From assembly GCA_051362555.1 (NCBI GenBank), contig CM120644.1, forward strand, positions 2,240,954 through 2,304,953: a stretch of 64,000 nt of DNA, given 5' to 3'. The notes beneath the pieces were generated by a model. The model worked only from the letters and a program-made list of their open reading frames with translations. It searched no databases and had not been told where the DNA came from. This DNA comes from Lingula anatina (taxonomy: Eukaryota > Animalia > Brachiopoda). Below are positions 38,701 through 48,533 of this stretch, piece after piece. Positions within the stretch are counted from its first letter, which is position 1. Every line of letters starts with the position of its first letter. A program made the translations under genes and the position numbers.

Positions 38701-41700
38701 GGGACTTCAGGTACAGGTAGAGGTTTCAGTTACGTGTTTCATCGGATGATAGCATCACGCCCTAGGTCTAAGCGAGTTGAATAGAAGCTTTTTATCCAAA
38801 CATCCTATTCCTAACTACTGAGTTAGGACAAAGGTCTAGTAACATGCACTGTGCAATTACTATTAAAGGATCAGATGCATACTTGATTGTTTTTCCTCTG
38901 GTGTCGCACGTATGCATCCTTTCTTGAGTGATCTAAAACAAGTCGCTAGTGTACCATGTTTCTCACTGTAGCAAAATATGTTCGACATAATTCTGAACGG
39001 CAGCCGGAAACACAGTAATTGTATAGGCATGCTTTAAGCTTGTTCGAGAGATAATAACAGTCGGGTTTAACAATAGATAGCGAGCTATAGTAAGACCCCC
39101 TCCTCTTTAACTGATGATTTACACTTTTAATTGACCGTACTTTCGTATATTGTATGATCATACAGCCAGACTTCCCCCTGTTGCACGTTGTAGTTGGATT
39201 GTCATTGCGCCTATGTCAATGCACCTCATTTAATTTCAATATTATAATATAAGCATAATATAAGTAATATGTTATTTCCTTATTCCTCTTTCATTATCAT
39301 TCATGTTTTATAAATACTTGAACGCTTGAATGCAGATATTTCAAATTAAAACGTAAGTACATAAATGAATTATACATTTATAAATTAATGCAATAGGAAT
39401 TTTTTGAGACAGATTGATGCTGACGCTCATGCATTTCAACCAAAGAAACAATAATTAGTTCAATATTTGACTGCGGAAATTTCATATAGGATGAAATAAC
39501 TGATAACAAATTTAACTAGCAGTTTGTTAGCAACACTAAAAACCAGCTGCGCGTGCCAAACTAGTGAACAAAAGGACAGTTCGCTTCGCGTGGCACGCCT
39601 TAGCACGGGTTTAGCCTCTTCAATCTATAATCCTATCGCCGCAACAAACAATAGGGACCTTCTGGCTGATGTATCCTGCTGTTGATTACACCTAGTTACA
39701 GCGGATTGTCACGCTCGCGCTGGGCCACAGAAACCGGCGTCATGGGGTTCACTCGTATTAAGTATTGTGTTATTCCACCTAAGCTATTGTGTTTGTGCGT
39801 TCGAATTTTGAAGGGATTTATACGGCCCTCCATTGTTTGTCCGCCCCCTTCTATTCACAAGATAGGGATTAAAACATTTCGAACGATGTTACACCGGTGT
39901 ACAACGGAAACAAAATTATTCCGACCACTGTACATGTGTATCACAGAGTCTGTGTGCGATGCCATTGTTGTGCTGTGATTGGCTAGTTGAGTCACGTGAA
40001 GCCCTACTGTAGCGCCCTCGCGTATCGCGTGAATGCTGCGCATTTCTGGCCATGAGAAAAGTTCCGTCGCTAACACTAGTACAATCATAAGTAAAATGTT
40101 TGTTATTTGAATTGAACCGTCCGCCAGTTAATATATTTAAACAAACACCAATAGAACTTTAACAGACAGTGATGATGAAGCATAATTTTATTTTGATAAT
40201 TCAACAGTAGCTTAAAGCTCAAGCTATTTTTTCTCATTCGATTCCTAAACAGTTGTGTTGAAAATCAGGAAACGCAACAAGATTTTGATAATCAACCACG
40301 TTCATCTGACGAGACACAGGAATCACGTTACATGAAACCATATCATAATCATGAAAACATGGTAAGTCTTTTTCATTTTGAAGAATAATTTGCATAAATG
40401 AGAAAATAAAAGTATTAACATATATAATTATAAATAGTAAGTAAATAACGACTGTACTATGATTAAATTTCTACATTTTTATTCATTCCCATATGGTGGA
40501 TTATTATCTTATATAGCAAATTGATTAAGTCATGCCAATGAAACCTCTTGCGAAACAATATTCTTAAGCTGAAAATGTTAAAAATATTTTCGCTTGTATG
40601 AATGATCTACAGACTTGACATTTAATATGGAATTTTTTAGTTTTAAAGGTATACCTAGGTGAAAATGCGTTCTTTTTTCAAAATATTCAGATTTCATATA
40701 AGACATCTGACTGGAGAAGTGTGAAGTCAGGTGTGTCGCTGCCAATAAACTGACTACCAAGTCTGTTGCACTGCTGCCTTGTGTAATATGCAATGATTTA
40801 ATTGGGCAGTGCTCATTTGGGCTGGTCAAAGCTTGGCTTTGGCAAAGCATGGTTCTGTCAAAAAAGTATCCATATATTGGCAAATACTGCATGGAAGAAT
40901 TTGAAAGTTTGCATGCAAGCGGTTTTGCAGTGCGTAAAACGAGTTAAGCAGTGTTTTACAAAATTGTTTAGCTGTGCCAGAATGGCGCGAAAAACACAGA
41001 CATTGCCAGACAGATTATTGTGTCAAACGGAACGGTCTACGCAGTTTTATAGAGTTATACCCAGTTTGATGCACTACACAGAGACCACGCCCAATGCATC
41101 GACGTCTTACCACCAGGGTACAGGACTCATTGTACTTCAGGATATGCTGCTGCAATAAAACCAAAACCACCCAGGCCGTTTTGAATGAGGGGCAAATTGC
41201 ATCGACGTCTTATCACCAGGGTACAGGACTCACTGTCCTTCAGGATATGCTGCTGCAATAAAACCAAAAGCACCCAGGCCGTTTTGAATGAGGGGCAAAT
41301 TGCCACCAAATCTTGTTTTTCAAGGCTCTTAGCAAACACCAAACTGGTTTCAGCAGGTTAGAATTCCAGGCGACCCATGAGGAAGCCACAGTAAACAGAA
41401 AAGCACCCTAGTCAGTTTCTTTAATGAATTAGGGACCATGACAGTTTCTGGGTAAAACACTGAAACCGCGTGGCTTTCTTTATTGAGGTCAGATTTCACC
41501 TGTACCGCCAAACTGGTCAAAACAGAGTTTACAGACTTTCTATAGAGGCCTACGACTAAGCGTGTGCCACTTATTAAGTGACTAGGGTCATTTACAGCGT
41601 CAGTATTTGGAGTGGATACCACATCGGTGCAAAAACACCAATGGTAGGCTTCGATGAAAACCTGAACCAGATCAAATAAAGGAATAATCTGGGAACCACT

Positions 41701-43035
41701 TGACTATTATTTGATAGGGGGCACCTTAGGAACGATTTTAGGCTGCAGGATGAGCTTGCCGGTTCACACAGAGAACTTAAAATAGCAGATGACTAACTGA
41801 ACCAAGGGAATGAGTAGCTACTTTGGTCATCAAAATCGCCATATTTGAACCACATAGACAATATGTGGGTAGGTTATTTTTCGCCGAATCAACGGCCTGC
41901 GTGTCCTACATCAAAACTGAACCAAACCGGACAACTGTTAACCTTATTCTAGAATTTTATTCCAGATTAAACTCTAAAAACCTATCATAAGCAATGCCTT
42001 GCGGCTTGAAAGCTCTGGTAGCAGCAAGATGAGGTCAAGCGTAACAGAGACTGTTGCTGTGACTAGACACTGACATGGGGGGGGGGGGCTTTGTGGGGCG
42101 TGTAACTCTTTAAAAGACAATAATTATGAAAATAGGAATATCCAAAACATCGCTTTCAATGGTTGTCGTATGACTTAAAATAGGCGATGTATTTTTGTTT
42201 GCTTCACTGACGAATTCAGTTAATGAACTGATGTCACAATGACATCGAAGAGATTATCAAAAGTTATTAAACACGATTTTAATCATTATTTTCATTTATC
42301 AGTCAGCAAAATAGGAAAAACACTGATGAATTATGTTTTGGAAAAAAATATTCCATATTAAATGTCAACTCTGTAGTTAAAAGCAACAGGATACTACCGC
42401 ACAGCCAATAAAATACAAATTACACGCTGCGACTCACTAGCTCTTGAACTTTCTAAATACAGATACCTTATAATGTAAATTATCTTTAGCGACCACATGC
42501 GTTATATCCATGTTGAATATTGTTTACTCTAGAAAATATGATAGTCATGAAAATATAAACTCGGAAATATATGGAAAATTACCAATCATGGGAGTCGTTT
42601 ATTATTAATATATTTTTTTTTATCTGGCCATATGTAGAGCGAAGCGTGATAGCTGATATTTATAAACGTGTCACTATAGTGACTTCTGAAACTAATGTAG
42701 GCCTACACCACGCCTATACAACTGGAGGTGCCTATTTAAGCTTGCAGCTTCCTAATTATTCAAGGGTTACGGTCTTGATATTGAGGACGACGTGGACCAT
42801 CAGTACGCGGCACTCGAAGTTAGGACTGATTACACCGTCCCTACAATAGACGTAGGTTAATCAGTATTTAATGTGTTACTTAACACTTTAATCACAATGT
42901 TTTGTGTAATATCACAAGTGAAGCTGCTGCCGTTCTACCGTGTACCTTGATTTGTTATCTAGGGTGTTTTTACATGTGAATGTATACAGCGCTGATACAC
43001 GTGTTGCACGATTTTAAGAGATAATCATTATTACC

Positions 43036-43074
<39 letters not shown>

Positions 43075-43301
43075 AATAATAATATATGTATGCACACACT
43101 CATTATTGTTGTTATTGTTGGGATATAGTTCATTCCATGGTGACATTTATCCACATTACGCAACAGCATGAGATAACTAGTAGCGTGACATGGACGGCTA
43201 ACCATGTTATTATTTGTTTTCAGTACTCAACCATAGGGCCGACTGTGTACACTCGCCCTTACGTTCCTCACCACATGAGAAGGAACGCAAGATTTACGTA
43301 A
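31219..43301 (+). CDS. Transmembrane SEA/EGF mucin gene 3 (short PTS, diverged cytoplasmic tail)
   Basis: Exons 31219-31504 (acceptor at 31209; MCPGNNINQIALFLLIS aligns with the gene 2 N-terminus), 31669-31787, 32033-32097, 32378-32571, 32743-32935, 33210-33404, 40253-40361, 42765-42851, 43224-43301 (TAA). SEA motif RRVEIIAFR|FGSVIIDY. No stops or frameshifts; most exon lengths equal those of gene 2. Confidence 0.88.
33768..33990. mobile_element. Tc1/mariner-type MITE, same family as 30930-31172
   Basis: TA-CACACAATATACCATAGAAGTGTCACCCCT ... AGGGGATGACACTTCTATTGTCCATTGTATG-TA. Confidence 0.7.
34000..34490 (-). mobile_element. Degenerate non-LTR retrotransposon fragment (Rex1/Babar-like RT C-terminal part)
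   Basis: Minus-strand translation, with stops and frameshifts, gives TTLVGLVTDNDES, LNVAKAK*MIVGFRR, VEEFKLLG, RLYF and IESVLAYGI, typical of this RT clade. Confidence 0.65.
35755..39590. mobile_element. ~3.8-kb segment bounded by imperfect inverted repeats (unclassified decayed DNA transposon)
   Basis: CGAACTATCCTTTTGTTCAACAGCTTCGCGCGTGCAGCTGATT (~35760-35802) is the inverse of AACCAGCTGCGCGTGCCAAACTAGTGAACAAAAGGACAGTTCG (~39541-39583). It lies in an intron that is only 176 bp in gene 2. Exact termini and TSD were not resolved. Confidence 0.5.
40610..42373 (+). mobile_element. Decayed Tc1-family DNA transposon in a gene 3 intron
   Basis: TA-CAGACTTGACATTTAATATGGAAT ... ATTCCATATTAAATGTCAACTCTG-TA. 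Remnant transposase motifs include WSSKSPYLNHIDNMW (Tc1 consensus WPSQSPDLNPIENLW) near 41825 and LQDE. Many stops; internal 103-bp tandem duplication at 41095-41300. Confidence 0.88.
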
Positions 43302-44079
43302 ATTTTACTTAACTGCTGCACGGAATTGAACGCAATGTAGCCTCTTCAAGTTGTGCTTTTAATGGTATCTATCATTAAATGAATAGACTGGTGTATCAGG
43401 AATATAAACATCATGTTCAGGAGATCATTCAAATTTATCTGATACATATACTATTATATCGTTATTCAGAAATGACAAACGGTATAGAATAGGTCAGAAC
43501 TGAGAAAATGAACAGTGATTGAAACAAGCTCATCCTACACCACGCAATTGTGATTTACAGTGAGAGTTGGTGACCGTTAACTGAAAATTGGGAATAAGTC
43601 GTTATTATAAACATGACAGGTAAAGTATATTGATAATTGCAATAGAATAATAGTTTGTACAGTGGTGTACTCAGGACTATCCATTGTATGTAATTAAAAT
43701 TTCTACTAACACATATTTCGTGTTTACACCCTAATTTAAATTAAAGAATACAAGTAACACATGGATGCTCACCTAGTTTAATTGCCGGCGATAATATCAT
43801 CAGGACTAGAAATATAATCCGGTGAGTTATTCATATAATTACTTGTAGCAGTCAGATTCTGTTCAAATTACCTTGATACATGTCAAACTGCACGTCTTTA
43901 AAATGAAAATAAAACCATGGGTTGATCTAGCGTTCAAATTATATATAAAAACTGAATTGTTATAAAAGTAGACATGCCATTAGGTTATCCATAAACACAG
44001 GACACCCGTTGTTTACGCCATATTTTATGATAACTCGTTTCTCTCTTTTTTACATTCAATGTATCATTTTCAGATTGCA

Positions 44080-44499
44080 GTAGCGGTGATACTTTTTGGT
44101 ATTTTAGTATATAAAAGATGTATGGTATTGGGCACAATTTTTTAAATATATTATAAACTGCACATGCTCTTTCGAAGAAAAAGTTACGAATCTCTAAACA
44201 TCTCATTTTCAGACACATTTGTACATCGATCATATATTCTAAAGAACCATCATAACTAAGTAGCGTCTTCATTGTCTTGGAAGCCCACACAACAATAAAT
44301 GACTATGTTTACATTTAAAGACAATTATGTTCAACTTGCAAAGTTGAAGACGTTAGGGGATATACAGTGAAATACGGGAACACTGATATCACGCCGAAGT
44401 CATTACACTATTACATTATTACATTATTGGATATAAACAGACAGCAGTCCTTAAGGCTTAATCATCGGATCAGACGATTGGAAAGACCATCTGGTAAGT
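44080..44499 (+). promoter_or_regulatory. Promoter block and non-coding exon 1 of EF-hand gene A (donor after 44493)
   Basis: Strongly similar to 55205-55846 upstream of gene C; both end GAAAGACCATCTG|GTAAGT. TATA-like TACATTTAAAG at ~44310. Confidence 0.6.
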
Positions 44500-45240
44500 C
44501 ACATGTAGTGGATTTTTCGAGGTTTTTTTTCATAACATTTCTTGGCAAGTGTGGTAACATGTGTGGTTAGAAAGTTTAAAAATTAATTGAAACCGCCGTC
44601 AATAAATGCACTTTGACATTGAATTCTATTATAAAATCCAGCAGTAAAAAAGAATAAACACCGCCAAGCTAGGGTATGATGATAAGGACAACTGTAAATC
44701 TATTTCCAACAGTCAATGTCTTTAACCAAAGCTGAGGTTATTTCATTTCTATTTGATTGGCTACTAGCTTTCAAAGTCACATAAATAATTTCCACACTTC
44801 GTCACCCGCGGGATGTTTAATGAAAAAATACAATTCTTTTTAAACTAACAATTTAACACTTTTCTATGGAGCTACTGGAGCGACAATATTTTTGTTCCCA
44901 CATAGTATTTTGAAAATTAAGGAGGTTGTAAGCTGCTAGAATGTCCAATAAAATTGGAATTGGTTTTAATCGATACTTTCAGACAGAAATATGATATTCC
45001 TATACCCGAGTTCTTGCAAATGTAGGGCACTGTGTTTTTGTTTGGAAGATGTTTCCAATGAAAAGATAACCGCCATTATATATATGCTGCTGAGTCCAAT
45101 CCTACTCCTCAGTCAGAGGTATCCTAGGGATACGTTCACATAGATTCTAATTGATCTGGTTAAAGTTGGTCACAAAAATATAAGCAGAAAAATGTTTTAT
45201 TCTTAGAGAAAAATCCTCGTACATCGAGGCCTTCGTCATC

Positions 45241-46168
45241 ATGGAAGCTCGAGGAGTTCTGCTGCTAGTAGTTCTGTGTGAAAGTATTGTTTCTTCAAAT
45301 GCTATGAAGGTAGGTTCAGACACTTGCTACAGTTTGGGTGCCAGTACCTCATGGAAATGCTAAATCAAATAGCGCAAAACACCCAGTGTGGTTTTGCAGT
45401 AATAGAGAATATCTGTATCTATACACTAGTGTGGGTGTGTGTGTGTATGTGTGTGTGTGTGTCTGTAAACTATTATTAATTAATTTTAAACCATTTTAAA
45501 ACATTTCCAACTTTATTTTCAACGATTGGAAAAATGTTTTCACTAATCACTACCAATGACTTACCTTAAAATGTGCTCTTTTACTTAAATAATAATGTAC
45601 ATTTTTTCATATTTCTTTCCATATTCCATAGAACTCTAATATAAAGTTCACTGAACACTGGATTTCTAAGATGAAGGCGTTCTTTGACACTGTTGACATG
45701 GATGGAGACGGTGCGGTCACTAGAGAGGAGTTTATTGACTTAAGAGCGCAGCGAGCTCAAAATGTCTTGGAATCTTGGAGAGCCAAGGCGGTATATGGTA
45801 TCATTTCCCATTCTTATCGAACCTGGTGGTCCAACAAAAACACCAACTATGCAACATCCATAACCTTTGAAGAGTTGATCCAAGCTGTTGAGAAGAAAGC
45901 TGATGATTCGAGTGAGGCAATCGACCAAAGCTCCAGGGATTGGTTCCACACATTTGACCTTGACTGCAATGACAAACTGACTGTGGATGAGTATTCCAAG
46001 TTCCTTTCGGTGTTCCGTAACACAGCCCCTGTTGGAGATGTATTTATTGCTATCGACCAGGACGGCAACGGTAGCATTGATGATGAGGAATTCTTGAACG
46101 GAATCCATCACAAATGGTATGACGCAGCGCCAAATCCTGGTGAATTAATAATGGGCTCCAGAAATTGA
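45241..46168 (+). CDS. Secreted EF-hand Ca-binding protein A (sarcoplasmic calcium-binding protein / aequorin-like fold)
   Basis: Exon 45241-45309 encodes the signal-like MEARGVLLLVVLCESIVSSNAMK; phase-0 intron; exon 45632-46168 (537 nt). HWISKMKAFFDTV-DMDGDGAVTREE (EF1), degenerate EF2, DLDCNDKLTVDE (EF3), DQDGNGSIDDEE (EF4). Confidence 0.9.
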
Positions 46169-48533
46169 CATATTCAGCCGGAATTAAAAGGGTTTGCATT
46201 TGAATTTTATACTATTGGATTGCTAACGTCTTCTTCAATTTTTTCAGAAATTTCGCTACTTGATTTCTTTCACATTTGCACATACTGCTGTTGTGATACA
46301 GAAGTGTACACGCACTTTGCTTGATAAATTTTTCTAACTTTCAGGCATTTAAGCAGTACTGTACCTCAGATTTTAAACGTTTGGTCCTGGTGTTCTCTAT
46401 TCAATTAAAAGAAACAAAGATGCACATGTATGTCTTAGAACTCTAACTCACCAGTTGTAAAACATGCGTTCCAATCGGATTGACCAACGTGTGCAATCAA
46501 AATTGTGCACCCAAAATAACGTTCTATTCTCCCTAAATTTAATATTGCATAAAATAACAATAAAACAAATGGATAATAAATAATAGAATGCAAGTCTTCC
46601 TATTTTTCGTAGCATGGTAATTAAGTATTGCTTACCACATGGTTTCTCACGTGTGGTTCTAACCAACGAGTGCTTACAATGTTATTCATCAGAATTAGTG
46701 TATCTATGTGTCCTACTTCACTTCGCAAACTATGAAAAAAAAAAAAAAACAACAAAACGTTAGACCTCTGGAACAAATGATTTTCATATGTTGTCCATTT
46801 CGAAAAATTGGAATTGCCTTATAATTGTATTCCTCAGCTATGTGGGGTATTTTATCATTACAGGGTAAACATAAAAAAAAATAAAGTTACTATTTTACGA
46901 GTGCTTTTTACAAAATTCTATTAAAAATTGTTCTTGATACAAATCAGCACTTCCAATTATGCTTTCAAATATACATGTACAAGCCCTTCTATTTTATATG
47001 TGGATATAATATGTAGTGGATGTAACGAATTTATATGTGGATCTAATGTATAGTGGTTGAACGAAAAAACTCATAAGTCACATTTTGTTGAAAGCACTCA
47101 AAGCTGTCTCATTTTTTTCACTTGACAACCCACATGCAAATTTAGTTTCATGTTACATCGAAAGATGAATAGGGTAAATCTATTCTGTAATGCAGGCGGA
47201 GATACAGGATTTACATTTGGATATGGGACCATCACTGAGCGCAATAAAACATTTCTGTTAGTCAAAAAATACATCACTCCTTCATAACAGCAGATCCGAC
47301 AAGGGAACACCATTTAAACAAGCTGGTAAGTGATATTGACAACGGCACAGTTTGTAACCGACGTATGATTCTGTCAAGCTTACCCCCTTTTTTGAGCTCA
47401 ATCCGCAAGTGAAATAATTTCTAGTTAAACATTTTGAGTGCCTGATGCACAAAATTTGGTCTAGCGTAAAGGTCAACTACTTTATAATTGAATAATCAAT
47501 CAGATATTTCAGTATATATATCTTTCAGTACCCCCAATTTTGTACTTAGGTTGCAGGTTTGAATGTTCTTTGTAAAAGTGGGATAATTGTAATGCATATC
47601 TGCCCAAGGCATGGATCATGTTGTTTTGGATATCCCTGATTCATATTGATTCATAAATATCGTTGTTGTCGTAGTCTTTTCCTTTCTCCAAAAATATGAT
47701 GTACATATATTTTCAGAAGCCCTGACAAGGAAAAATATAAAAATGACGGCCATCGTATTGGGAATTCTGATGCTAGTGGTGGTTGTTGCTTCAAATGATG
47801 TGAAGGTAGGTCCAGACATGTGTTCAAATATCTGTCCATGCCTGCTAGTTATCACCAGATGTTAGCTTAGTTTCAAAAGAACCATTAGAACCATAATGTG
47901 CTAACCTAGAAGAGCGCTTAATAGTCCGTCCGCCTCTTATAGGCATCCCGACGCATCGTCCTTGCAGGGGAACAGTAATTAAATCTCGGCTCCATTCGAC
48001 CAGACGCGTGGGGGAGGCGGAGGACCATAACAGGATTAAGAGGTCTTCATTTCATGTAGGTCCGCCATATTTAGGCCGTGGACCAGTTGGCACTCGGATC
48101 TTCTCATTCTAAATGACCCCAAAGAGTAAAATCAGAACCCTCATGTTGCAACCAATGAATAAATATTTTAACCTAAAAATATCTTCTAGGAAATTCACAG
48201 TAATGATGTAATATGTTTTATCTTTATATATAACAAAATTAAGCATGATCCCTGTTTTTAAGTTATCTGGTGGTTGGGACGACGTCATTTTCTCTATAAT
48301 TTTAAAAAGCATCTATAAATTCATGTTATTTTTCTACCCCTCTTACAAGCAAACATCCATAAGATGACAGTTAGGCAATATTTTTTTTCGAAAATCTTTA
48401 CCAATATTTTCAAGGTAGGCATTTATGCGGTTTAGGGGATGTAAGAAATGGACCGCAGTGACTGATCTTATGGATTTAGGGAAATCTTCAATAAGAAAAT
48501 ACGATCTTATTATTCTGAAACAGCTTATATTAA

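Noticed and set aside
41095-41300. 103-bp tandem duplication as a functional element
   Set aside because: It lies inside a dead Tc1 transposase and is frameshifting, consistent with neutral decay.
45632-46168. Calling the EF-hand genes true photoproteins (aequorin) or calmodulin
   Set aside because: Key coelenterazine-binding residues are only partly conserved; EF2 is degenerate and the spacing does not fit calmodulin.
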